Source: Opitutales bacterium (GTDB lineage Bacteria; Verrucomicrobiota; Verrucomicrobiia; Opitutales; UBA2987). From it: DNA of 64,000 nucleotides. Location: assembly GCA_965226885.1 (NCBI GenBank), contig CBDDEL010000014.1:512001-576000 (forward strand), read 5' to 3'. The translations under genes and the position numbers were made by a program. Shown here piece by piece: positions 21,006 to 30,696 of this stretch (position 1 is its first letter; each line of letters opens with the position of its first letter). Below the pieces are notes generated by a model. It had not been told where the DNA came from. It worked only from the letters and a program-made list of their open reading frames with translations, and did not search any database.

Positions 21006-23597
21006 TCACCGCCATTGCTGTTTCGGGTAGCGGCCTTTGAGTTGTTTTTTGATTTCCGGGTAGGCACCGGTCCAAAAAGCTCCCAGGTCGTCGGTCACTT
21101 GCACGGGTCGCTGATTGGGGGCCAGTATTTCGATTGTTAATGGGATCTTTCCGCCAGTATTTCGATTGTTAATGGGATCTTTCCATTGGCAATGGCGGGT
21201 TTATCCGGGGCGTCATAAAGTTGCTGAATGGTTGCCGATAAAATCGCTTTGCCATTCGGTTCATATCGAATCTTGAGCGATTTTCCCGATGCCGGGGACA
21301 GCGTATAACGCAGAGGGGCCGAATACTCCAGGAACTCCTGATGTTCCCGGCCCAGCCAGTCTTGCAACACCGGCATTGCCTGACGGTCTTTAATTTCCCG
21401 GTAGCTGACGGCTCCGTGGCAGATTTGTTGCAGGAGAAAAAGCCGTTCGTTTTCGGTAATGGCGGGTATTTCAAAATCTGGATGGCTGACAGCGAGGAGG
21501 TTGACCCGGTTGATCCAGGTTTCTACCGATACATCCCAATGTTTTAATTTAAGCCTTCCTGCGAACACTTCGCGAGCCAGGATATTGGCCGCTTCCTCCA
21601 GGTTGGGCGATCCTTCTTCCTTGCTTTCGAGCACCAGGTCGCGAAAGCGGCGTTCGCAGAGTTGCAGGACCTTGCGCTGCCGAGGGTCGTAATGTTGGCG
21701 CGTTTCCCCTATCAACTCTCCGGGAAAGAGTTCCTGCAGCCATTCCTCCTTTACCGCCGTGTTCATTCCCAGGAGCAGGTGGACGTTTCCCCTTACTTCA
21801 CGTTCCACGATTTCCGCTGAGACAAAAAGAGGATGATCGCGGACGGCGCTTTGCCGGCGCAATTCACCGCTTCTTTCGTGAACCAGGACGCAACGCAGGG
21901 TGCCGCGGTCCCGCCGTATGGCCAGGTGATCGGAAAATCCCGCCAACAAGCAGCGTCCTATCGAATCTCCATCCCATTGCACCGCGTGGTCTTGTTTGCC
22001 GCCACCGCCGCCTTGTTTTTTGGCGATGTTTAAAAACTGGGCCGCCAGTCTCTCCGCCTGTCTGGCCGAGTGGGCATGGATTCCCCATTGTTGGCAAAAT
22101 TTGGCAAAATTTCAGGTCGTATTGCCGGCTGCGAGCCGCTATCCAGGCTTGCAGGACGGCCAGGAAATCCGACTCCACTTTGCCCTTTAAACCGATCATA
22201 TCATCCCGGCGGTCTTCCATCCTTTGGTCCTTTAGGGGCATCAACAAGCTCCTTTCTTGAGCAAAGGCCACAATCAGGGCCATGACCGGGAGGCACTGAT
22301 AATCCCGAGCCGCCAGGAAAATACGTGAATAGCGTGGGTGCAGCGGGTATTGGGCCATCTTTTGGCCTATCTCGGTCAAGCTCCCATCCTGCAAACGCAA
22401 TGCGCCCAGATCGCTTAAGAGCGATTCCGCTCGTTTTAATGAGTTTTCATCGGGCGGTTCCAGCCAGGGAAAATCTTCCGCTCCCAGGTTGTTATGCCCG
22501 GCGGCCTTGAGCGTTAGAAGCGTCTCGGAAAGGTCCAGGCGGCGAATTTCGGGTCTTTCATTGACCGGCCGCTGCCGGTGCTCGCGCTCGCTCCAGAGGC
22601 GAAGGCAATAGCCGGGGGCGGTGCGCCCGACCCGGCCCGCGCGTTGATCGGCCGATGCCTGGCAAATATTTTTCACCAACAGCGTGTTGATGCCGCGGCG
22701 AGGGTCGTAGGCGGCGATCCGGGCCTGCCCCGAGTCGATGGTGAGCGATGATTCGGCCACATTGGTGGAGACGATGACTTTGCGTTTGGGGCAAGGGCCA
22801 AGGGCTTCCTCCTGCCTGTCCAGGGACATCTCTCCGTGCAGGGGCAGCAACCGGAATTCGCGCGTGACGTGCAGTTTTTCGAGTTCCCGCAAAGTTTGGC
22901 GGATCTCGAAAGCGCCCGGCATGAAAATGAGAAAATCCCCCTCCGGAATTTGTTCTGCCAGTCTTTTGAAGTGATTGGCAGCCCGATCCCAGACCTCGGT
23001 CCTTTCTTTATGGCCGCCGGAACCGGAGTATTTCACTTCGACCGGAAAAGTCCTCCCCTCGCTGGAAAGAATGTGACAGGGTTTGAGAAAGTCCTCCAGA
23101 TCGGCAGCCTCAAGTGTGGCCGACATGACGATCAGCCGGAGATGGGGGCGCGTAGTTTTTTGCAGCATGCTGGCCAGGGCCAGGCAAACATCGCCTTCCA
23201 GGTGGCGTTCATGAAATTCATCGAAGATAATAGCATCCACTCCCTTCAGTGTTGGGTCGCCGAGGAATCGGCGCTGCAGGATTCCCTCCGTCACATACTT
23301 GATGCGGGTCTCGGGTCCGCTGCAATTTTCGAAACGCACTTGGTAGCCCACTTCCCGGCCGAGGCGCGATTTTCGCTCCCAGGCTACCCGCCGGGCCAGC
23401 ATCCGGGCTGCCATGCGCCGTGGTTGCAGGATGATTATTTCGCCTTTATCGATCAGGTTATCGTCGAGGACAAATTGGGGAATCTGGGTCGATTTTCCAG
23501 AACCGGTTGGCGCTGCCAAAACCAGTCTGGGGTGTTCGCTGATTTTTTCACGGACTTCGTTTCGCAGGGCGTGAATGGGAAGATGGGCGGGATTCAT
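21006..23597 (-). pseudogene. hrpB: ATP-dependent helicase HrpB, frameshifted twice
   Basis: APTGSGKST, QPRRMAAR, DEFHER, MSATL, QRAGR, C-terminal RPVQVTDDL..FW..YP..KGRYPK; frameshifts caused by 10-bp (22091-22110) and 32-bp (21121-21184) tandem duplications. Confidence 0.92.
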
Positions 23598-23639
23598 ACT
23601 TGGCAGAAACTCTTGAAAAGTTTAATCTTTATCGAATCC

Positions 23640-24770
23640 ATGAAATTTTCCCACCATCCATCCTCCATTTTGCTGGCACTATTCACGAAGTCTGTTCTCT
23701 CGTCAATATACAGGAGAAGATGCTTTTCGGTCTTCCTATTGTGCGCATTAATGATGCCTTCAGCAACACGCGGTGAGGGTGGATTCAAGGTGGAAAGCGG
23801 AGAGATTGACGGAGTGCTCTACGATGTTGCCGTGGCCGACGACTGGAACGGCAAACTCCTTCTTTTCAACCACGGCCTGATTTTTGAACACCTGCCGCTT
23901 TCTACCTATATGGAACCGGAGCGTGAGCCGTTTCGTACCCTTTTGCAGGAGGGTTGGTTGGTGGCGGCCAGCAGTTTTCGGCGCAACGGTTTGATTGTCA
24001 ACGATGCCGCCGAAGACGTTTTAATCCTGCACAGCAATTTGGTAAGAAAATATGGCAAGCCGGAGCGGACCCTGCTGATGGGTGAATCGATGGGCGGGGC
24101 GGTCTCCCTACGCCTCATCGAGAGCCTTCCAGAGCGTTTTCACGGGGCCGTGGTTCTGGGGGCCGGACTCATGAGCCGCGACCCAGATACCCAATTTGTC
24201 TATTCTTACGAGCCTGAATCGCCAGTTTTGTTTATGAGCAACCAGTCGGAAATCGGGCAAGCCCTGGAATACTTTTTCAAATCGAGGAAAAACGGCAAAG
24301 AGACGGCGCTTTGGAGTATCCGCAGAGAGGGCCATATCAACTTCAACGAGGCCGAATTCCTGGCAGTGGCCAAGGCGCTCGACCATTGGGTGGAGACTGG
24401 TGAAATTGAGAGAGAGAAAGACGCCACGGTGCAGGTGGATGAAGAAGATTCGACAGCCCGGTTTGCCGATGGCGGCGCCTATACGAAAATTGTTGGTGTC
24501 GACTCCACTTTCGGCAATTTGACGGTCGATTACCGGGCTTCCGATTTTAACCGATTGGGGGTCGCTTCTGGGCAGAACATCGTTTTTAGGTTAAAGGGAA
24601 AAGAGTTTACGGCCACCCGCGCCAAGACCTACAGCGATGTCCCCGTCGGACAGTGGGTTGTATTTGAGGACGCGGAGGGGCGGCATGTCATTGCCATCAA
24701 TCGTTCCCATGCTGCCAACGAAGCCGGGGTCAAGGTAGGCGACGCGGTTTTCATGAAAACACAAAAATAA
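23640..24770 (+). CDS. Secreted alpha/beta hydrolase with C-terminal SAM-hydroxide-adenosyltransferase-like domain
   Basis: LLFNHG, GESMGG nucleophile elbow, EGHINF; C-terminus VDSTFGNL..TYSDVPVG..IAINRSHAA..GVKVGD; start uncertain. Confidence 0.7.
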   Translation: MKFSHHPSSILLALFTKSVLSSIYRRRCFSVFLLCALMMPSATRGEGGFKVESGEIDGVLYDVAVADDWNGKLLLFNHGLIFEHLPLSTYMEPEREPFRTLLQEGWLVAASSFRRNGLIVNDAAEDVLILHSNLVRKYGKPERTLLMGESMGGAVSLRLIESLPERFHGAVVLGAGLMSRDPDTQFVYSYEPESPVLFMSNQSEIGQALEYFFKSRKNGKETALWSIRREGHINFNEAEFLAVAKALDHWVETGEIEREKDATVQVDEEDSTARFADGGAYTKIVGVDSTFGNLTVDYRASDFNRLGVASGQNIVFRLKGKEFTATRAKTYSDVPVGQWVVFEDAEGRHVIAINRSHAANEAGVKVGDAVFMKTQK

Positions 24771-24797
24771 GGCCGGGGTAAATGGTTCACCCCGGCC
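24771..24797. terminator. Hairpin between convergent genes
   Basis: ggccggggt-N9-accccggcc immediately after the stop codon. Confidence 0.6.
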
Positions 24798-24874
24798 CTA
24801 TCTTGTTTGAGTAGATGGCTACCCCCAGCCATCCATAATGTATATCGTTGTTTACTCTGCCAAAAACAGGGAAC

Positions 24875-25303
24875 TTATTTGACACTGATTTGCCTGGCTT
24901 TGCTCGCTTCGGCCCTCGGCAATGTAATGGTGAGAAGCCCGTCTTGCAATTTGGCCGATACCTTCTCCGAATCCACTTCCTCAGGAAGGCTGATAGAGCG
25001 GCTGAACGAAGATGATTTTTCGCCGTCCGCGGTCTTCTCTTTGCGATCACCTTTGAGCGAAAGCAGGTTTCTTTCCAGATTCAACCGGATGTCGCCTTTC
25101 TTCACTCCGGGCAGTTCAAAGCGGGCGTAATAGTTGTCCGCATCCTCGTAAAAATCGACCGCGGGTTCGTTGCGCGTTAATTTGTTGAAGGCATCGCGAT
25201 TAAAAATCGGGAGGCGCCCGAAGTCAGCGAATACATTTTCAAACAAACTATCGATTTCATTGTAGGGATTGATTCCCGACGGGTTATATCTAATTAATTT
25301 CAT
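24875..25303 (-). CDS. Hsp20/alpha-crystallin small heat-shock protein
   Basis: PAVDFYE..ELPGV..FSRSISLP..AKLQDGLLTITLP. Confidence 0.93.
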   Translation of the reverse strand: MKLIRYNPSGINPYNEIDSLFENVFADFGRLPIFNRDAFNKLTRNEPAVDFYEDADNYYARFELPGVKKGDIRLNLERNLLSLKGDRKEKTADGEKSSSFSRSISLPEEVDSEKVSAKLQDGLLTITLPRAEASKARQISVK

Positions 25304-25351
25304 GATTTTTCTACCTTTCGTTTTTGTTGTTAAAGTGAATTGCCATTGTTA

Positions 25352-25370
25352 TTGCATGCTCCATGCCAAA
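25352..25370 (-). promoter_or_regulatory. Sigma54-type -24/-12 promoter of hsp20
   Basis: Minus strand TTTGGCATGGAGCATGCAA, exact GG-N10-GC spacing, ~50 bp upstream of the ATG. Confidence 0.7.
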
Positions 25371-25434
25371 CATGAAACAAAAGTAACTATTTCATAGTAA
25401 ATAAGAAGTTACAAAACTGACTGAAATCCTTTGA

Positions 25435-25502
25435 TGTGTCAATATGGCACAGTAACACCTTCTAGTTGAGAAAACCAACAATATATGTGTCAAAATGACA
25501 CA
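25435..25502. promoter_or_regulatory. Two TGTGTCA-N3-TG(A/G)CACA palindromes (candidate enhancer-binding sites)
   Basis: tgtgtcaatatggcaca 25435-25451 and tgtgtcaaaatgacaca 25486-25502. Confidence 0.6.
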
Positions 25503-25521
25503 ATCCCGCCTGAGATAATTT

Positions 25522-25821
25522 TTAACTGAGCGGCTTCAGGTAAACAATGGTGGCTCCCCAGCCGCCCGCTTCTCCCCCAGCCTGGTGAAAATCGGCTACC
25601 AGGGGCGATTTTTTCAATTGGGCGTGGACCAATTCGCGCAGGGTTCCGATACCTTTGCCGTGGATGATCCGGATGGTGAAAATTCCCTGTTCCCGGCAGG
25701 CCCGCAAATATTCGCCGACCAAATCTGCTATCTCCTGAGGGCGAAAAGTGTGCAGGTCGAGAACGCCGTCAATGGGCAATTCCAATGGTTCTTCACTCAC
25801 TGTCTTTGCCGGTTTCTGCAA
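25522..25821 (-). CDS. Smr/MutS2-domain protein
   Basis: DGVLDLH..IIHGKGIGTLR..GGWGAT. Confidence 0.9.
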   Translation of the reverse strand: MQKPAKTVSEEPLELPIDGVLDLHTFRPQEIADLVGEYLRACREQGIFTIRIIHGKGIGTLRELVHAQLKKSPLVADFHQAGGEAGGWGATIVYLKPLS

Positions 25822-27043
25822 AGCCGCCTTCAGCCTCGGTCAGTTCCTCGGCCTGGGGACGGGTTGTGATGCGTTCAACGGGCTCTGGAGCCGGGATTTC
25901 CTTACCTTCGCCCGGAGTCACTTCATTTAATTTTCGGGCCGTCACCAGAACGCGTGTTTCCGTCGAACGAACCGCCTTGTTGAATGCTTCCACGGATTTG
26001 TCGAGGTGTTTTCCAATGTCGGAAAAATGTGCGGCCAAAACGCCGATGCGCTCATAAAGCTCCCGCCCAAGATCGCTTATTAATTTGGCGTTTTCGGCCA
26101 CTTTTTCCTGCTGCCAGCCGTAGGCCACTGCCTTGAGCAGGGCGATCAGGGTGGTGGGTGTGGCCGGGATCACCTTTTCTTTTGCCCCGTACTCGATCAA
26201 GCCGGGGTCCTGTTCCAAGGCGGCGCTGAAAAATGCCTCTCCCGGTAAAAAAAGAACCACAAATTCCGGAGTCGGTTCAAACTGTTTCCAATAACTCTTG
26301 GCCCCCAGCATTTTGATATGGTCGCGCACATGGCGGGCATGGGCCTTGAGCCTGGCTTTTCGCTCATCCCCGTCATTCGTTTTCAGGGCGTCCAGGTAAG
26401 CTATGAGGGGCGTTTTGGCGTCCACTACAATCTGCCGGCCATTGGGCAGGCGCACGATGAGATCGGGCCGTTGGCGGGCGCCCTCCCCGGTGGTGGCCGA
26501 TTCCTGCTGCACGAAGTCGCAATGCTCAACCATGCCGGCAAACTCGACCACTCGCTCGAGTTGCACCTCCCCCCATTGGCCGCGGACGTTTGGGGTGCGC
26601 AAAGCTTGCACCAGGTTGGCGGTTTCCTCTTTTAGGCTCGTTTGGGTTTTGAGAAGATTTTCCACCTGCGCGGTCAACCCGGAATAAGCGCCGATGCGGA
26701 CTTTCTCCATCTCACGGATTTTCTCGTCCACCTTTTCGAGGGACTCCCTCATCGGCTTGACTAATTCCTCGACCGCTTTATGGCGTTGCTGTAGCTCACC
26801 CTTGGCCCCCTCCTGGAATTTCCCCAAATTCTCTTTAGCCAAATCGAGAAAAAGGCGGTTATTACCCTGCAGGGCTTCCGCCGAGAGCGACTTGAAAGAC
26901 TCGCTCAATTTATCCCGCGCCTCGTTGAGCAAAGCCAATTTCTCCTCTTCGGCGCGCCCACGGCTGCGGGACAGCCACAAGGCAAGCCCAATCCCGGCCC
27001 CCAGGCCGACAAGCAAAGACAAAGCGGGCAGCAAAGTTTCCAT
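25793..27043 (-). CDS. rmuC: DNA recombination protein RmuC
   Basis: RGQWGEVQL, RPDLIVRLP..VVDAKTP, PEFVVLFLPGE, TPTTLIALL. Confidence 0.95.
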   Translation of the reverse strand: METLLPALSLLVGLGAGIGLALWLSRSRGRAEEEKLALLNEARDKLSESFKSLSAEALQGNNRLFLDLAKENLGKFQEGAKGELQQRHKAVEELVKPMRESLEKVDEKIREMEKVRIGAYSGLTAQVENLLKTQTSLKEETANLVQALRTPNVRGQWGEVQLERVVEFAGMVEHCDFVQQESATTGEGARQRPDLIVRLPNGRQIVVDAKTPLIAYLDALKTNDGDERKARLKAHARHVRDHIKMLGAKSYWKQFEPTPEFVVLFLPGEAFFSAALEQDPGLIEYGAKEKVIPATPTTLIALLKAVAYGWQQEKVAENAKLISDLGRELYERIGVLAAHFSDIGKHLDKSVEAFNKAVRSTETRVLVTARKLNEVTPGEGKEIPAPEPVERITTRPQAEELTEAEGGFAETGKDSE

Positions 27044-27222
27044 AACCTAAAATTGACAGTACCTATGAAAGAGAAGCCATGCTACCATCTCAATCCCGCG
27101 TGGACAGCATAAACTATTCAAAAATTGAAAAACCGGCTTGCCAACGGTAATAGAGCGAGTAAGCTAACTGATATTTTAGTTTTTTCACTGACTCATTTCC
27201 ATTTTTAAAACTCCGACAGCCC

Positions 27223-27479
27223 ATGAATATTCGAACACTGACACTCGCAACCTCCTTATTGTACAACATCCTTTCCCCCCGTATGCCACCGCCCAGGCGC
27301 CTCAGCTATTCCTCAGCGATACGAGCTTTTCTGCGACCGTTGATTATCAAGGAAGCGGCTCCGTCAATCTGACCATAGGAAATTCCGGAAACGCCCACCT
27401 GGAATGGGAGATCAATATCATTATCGAGGAGGACGATTCGTATGATGGTCAACCGTTGGAAGATACTCTCAGGATATTC
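27223..27479 (+). pseudogene. N-terminal remnant of a secreted Ig-like-domain protein, truncated by IS1
   Basis: MNIRTLTLATSLL, then frameshift to AQAPQLFLSDTSFSATV..LTIGNSGNAHLEWEI. Confidence 0.5.
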
Positions 27480-28281
27480 GGTAGTGTATAAAAAAAGAAT
27501 GTTATTTTGTATTTTTAGCTGTACAAATAGCGTTAGGCAGTTTATTCTTAGTGCATGGTTACTAAAATTATTAATTGTCGGCACTGTGGAAGTGAAAATA
27601 TCATTAAATTTGGCAAGACGCCCAACCATAAACAGCGCTACCGCTGCCATGATTGTGGTAAGCAAAGCCGCGAAAACCCCACAGTGAAATACACCGAAGA
27701 GCAAAAAGAAATGATCCTTCGAGTCTATCAGGAACGCAGCAGTCTACGCGGTTTACAGCGCGCCTTCGGGGTGAGTCCCAACACCGTTTTGAGTTGGTTA
27801 AAAAAAACGACAATCGCTGCGACCGCTCAAAAGCACGATTCTTGCGGCCCGCCGCCATGATGTCATTGAACTGGACGAACTGTGGTCTTTTGTGGGGCGC
27901 AAGAGCGATGCCCAATGGGTTTGGATCGCTCTTTGCCGACGCACCCGTCAAATCCTCTCCTATGCCATTGGGCCTCGGGATTGGTATCGTTGCCGGGAAC
28001 TTTACGAGCGTCTGCCACGGGCCTACAAAAGATGTGCCACCTACAGCGACTTTTGGAGCACTTATGATGAAGTCTTTCCTCATAACCGATCCGTGGGAAA
28101 AGAAACCGGTGAAACGGCCCATGTGGAACGATGGAACAATACCCTGCGCCAACGACTGGGTCGTTTCACACGCAAAACCCTCTCCTTTTCCAAGCTTAAG
28201 AGTATGCATGAAACCTGTCTGAGACTTTTCATTCATCAATATAATCAAGAATTAGCCACCATTCCTACTTAATACACTACC
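27480..28281 (+). mobile_element. IS1-family element, copy 2 (insA 27555-27860, insB 27892-28272)
   Basis: Same IRs and ORFs as copy 1; no TSD. Confidence 0.95.
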
Positions 28282-30693
28282 GATTTTGTTTTGTTTGATA
28301 AGGCATACTTCCGCCACATGGACTCCGTGGCCATTACCCCCGAAACCCGCCGCGGCATGCCATTTAAGGGTTAGTTCTCCCGCGGCCGTGGCTTCTGGCG
28401 GAATATCGAATTGCAGGGGCTGAAACGGCACCGGTCGATCGATTAAGGGATGAACTTCATATTGATCTTGATCCCCGGCCATGAGGCGAATCTTTGGGAA
28501 AGGCTTTTCCAGGTCAGCTCCGTAAACAATGCGTACTCGATACCGGCCCTTTGCCTCGATTTTTTCATAATGCATAGTCACCGGCGTTTCATAAAAGCTC
28601 TGCGCCCGGGTTCGCCAGGAGGTGCGGTAACCGTCGGCAGGGATTCCATTGAGATGATTCAAATCGGTCACCACTTCACAACCATCGAGGGCTGATTTGA
28701 GAAAACTTGGATCAGTTTCAAAACCGGGACCCCTGACTAAATGCGGCTCACGGGCAACATCGCCAAGATCATCGTAAAAACCGCCCGGTCCCGGATCGGT
28801 CCAATTTACAATTTCGTCAATTGCTTGCAATCGTTCCTTCTCTTCTGGCAATTGCCGGATTCGGGTGAAATTTTCTATCATCCAGAGTTCGTTGTTGAGG
28901 GGGAAATCCAGCGCATCCAGATTGGCCCCGCGGTGGATTTCAACCGCTTGATAACGCTCCACGCTCACTTGCATTCCAATGCTTTGAAATAACGCTTCCG
29001 CCAGTTCGAAAATTCTTTTTCGCCAAGAGAGCGTTATCGGATCGTCAAGGGGTCGATCAAGAATGATTTCCGCATTCTGCATAACAGCTAACGATCCCTT
29101 TTCGTTGGCCTTGCGGAGTTCCGCCAGCGCCTCGTTTTCCAATGCCGTTTCGTATGCCAGACGGCTTTGCACATAGGCGTCATAGTAGGCCCGATAAAGC
29201 GCCTGCTGGAACCGCCAGTTGACTCGTAGAGCGTCCGAAGCCGTTTTTTCCAAATTCTGAAACAGTTTCAGGGTGGAGCCGATTCCCGCATTTTCGGTAA
29301 TGGGGCCTTTCCAGTTTTTCTCCAGGGCAAAAATACCGTTGGAAAATTCTTCCTCTATTTCCTCTTCGATAAAGTAGCGACTGTATTGCCGCAGGGTCTC
29401 AGCCAACGATTCTTCGGGATTCCAGCCGAGGGCGCTCCAGATGAATTTGTTGACATCGTCGTTACAGCCCTCGGAGTAGGTTAAAAAACCGAAAGAATGA
29501 GGCTGCACCTGTTGGAAAACTACGGCCTGGTCGCGGGGGGGGTTGATAGGCTCCCGGCCCTCGGTCAGGGCAAAGGCCCAATGCCATTGGGCGGGCGGGT
29601 ATTGGCAGCGGAGGCAATGGGTGATATCCGGGTAATGGCGGATGGGATAATTTTCCGGGATCAACTGACGAAATTCCTGAATGGAAATCCTGGACTGTGG
29701 AGCGTAAACTATTCCCTCCAGCCACTCGTGCTTCTCCTCGTTCATCATCCGAACCCAAAAATCGAACCACTCGTCCGTAAATCCCTGGGGCGACATCCAC
29801 ATTTGGGCTTTGGGATGAAACTGGCGCAAGTTTACGGTCTGCTTATCCAGCAAGGCCATGAGGTGTTTGGGATGGGTGTGCCCGGGATCGCCACCGGGAA
29901 CGAAAACGGCGTCGATTCTGGGAAGAGCTTGAAAAATTTCTCCCCATTCCCGTAACGCGAAATCCACCGTTTCAGGATCGCAATAATCTTTATCCATGGC
30001 CGGGTACCAGACCCACACATCGATCCCGTAATCATCCGCCAGTTTCGACATTCCGATCATCATTTCCAACTGGGGCAGGGGGAAATGCGGGCAATCGGGA
30101 ACATCATCCGAACGGGGCGGTATCAGCTCAATGGCGTTGCCTCCAAACACTGCCAGATCGCGAATGTAACGCTCCCATTGAGGAAGGTCCCAGGCGCAAT
30201 AAGAATTCGTTTTCGGCCGATAGCCCAATTGGTGCCCGCGCAAAGGATAAACGGGCGCTGTTGTTTCTTCAAAATCCTCCGGCAAATAAATTTTAACCGG
30301 CCCCATTCGCAATTCTCGCAAGAGGCGACCGATCCCGAAGAGGATTCCGCGCTCGTCATTGCCGATGACAAAAATCAGTAGTCTGCCGCCATTCCTCTGG
30401 ACGCGGATCTGGTACCCTTCGGCCTTGTCGAAATCGTCTGCCAGATATAGCTCTACGGAACATTCATTGAGTAGCTGGTCGATGTCGCCGGACGGGACTA
30501 TGTAGATTGTGGGTTTTTCCGTTTCGGGCCAACAGTCTGAAATGGGCCACAAAATATTCGATCGAGCCTGGACCTCCTCCCTGAGCATGCGGACGGCATT
30601 TTCCTCCCGCTTGCTCAATTTTTCCGGTACGGCAATAACGGCATCGTTTAATTCTATAATACCGTTACCATGAGAATTTTCAGAGTCATTCAT
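28252..30693 (-). CDS. Glycoside-hydrolase-like hypothetical protein (N-terminal GH20/GH67-type accessory domain); stop codon now supplied by IS1
   Basis: AEGYQI..VIGNDERGILFGIGRLLR, P.YPLRGHQLGYRPKTNSY; last ~10 codons lie inside IS1. Confidence 0.6.
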   Translation of the reverse strand: MNDSENSHGNGIIELNDAVIAVPEKLSKREENAVRMLREEVQARSNILWPISDCWPETEKPTIYIVPSGDIDQLLNECSVELYLADDFDKAEGYQIRVQRNGGRLLIFVIGNDERGILFGIGRLLRELRMGPVKIYLPEDFEETTAPVYPLRGHQLGYRPKTNSYCAWDLPQWERYIRDLAVFGGNAIELIPPRSDDVPDCPHFPLPQLEMMIGMSKLADDYGIDVWVWYPAMDKDYCDPETVDFALREWGEIFQALPRIDAVFVPGGDPGHTHPKHLMALLDKQTVNLRQFHPKAQMWMSPQGFTDEWFDFWVRMMNEEKHEWLEGIVYAPQSRISIQEFRQLIPENYPIRHYPDITHCLRCQYPPAQWHWAFALTEGREPINPPRDQAVVFQQVQPHSFGFLTYSEGCNDDVNKFIWSALGWNPEESLAETLRQYSRYFIEEEIEEEFSNGIFALEKNWKGPITENAGIGSTLKLFQNLEKTASDALRVNWRFQQALYRAYYDAYVQSRLAYETALENEALAELRKANEKGSLAVMQNAEIILDRPLDDPITLSWRKRIFELAEALFQSIGMQVSVERYQAVEIHRGANLDALDFPLNNELWMIENFTRIRQLPEEKERLQAIDEIVNWTDPGPGGFYDDLGDVAREPHLVRGPGFETDPSFLKSALDGCEVVTDLNHLNGIPADGYRTSWRTRAQSFYETPVTMHYEKIEAKGRYRVRIVYGADLEKPFPKIRLMAGDQDQYEVHPLIDRPVPFQPLQFDIPPEATAAGELTLKWHAAAGFGGNGHGVHVAEVCLIKQNKIGSVLSRNGG

Positions 30694-30696
30694 AAA

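Noticed and set aside
22836..23639. N-terminal ~270 aa of the 644-aa ORF
   Set aside because: Antisense shadow of hrpB; the real gene starts near 23640
27223..27479. Same gene as the 45702-46389 fragment, separated by IS1 recombination
   Set aside because: Both abut the same IS1 end and share no target duplication; unsupported
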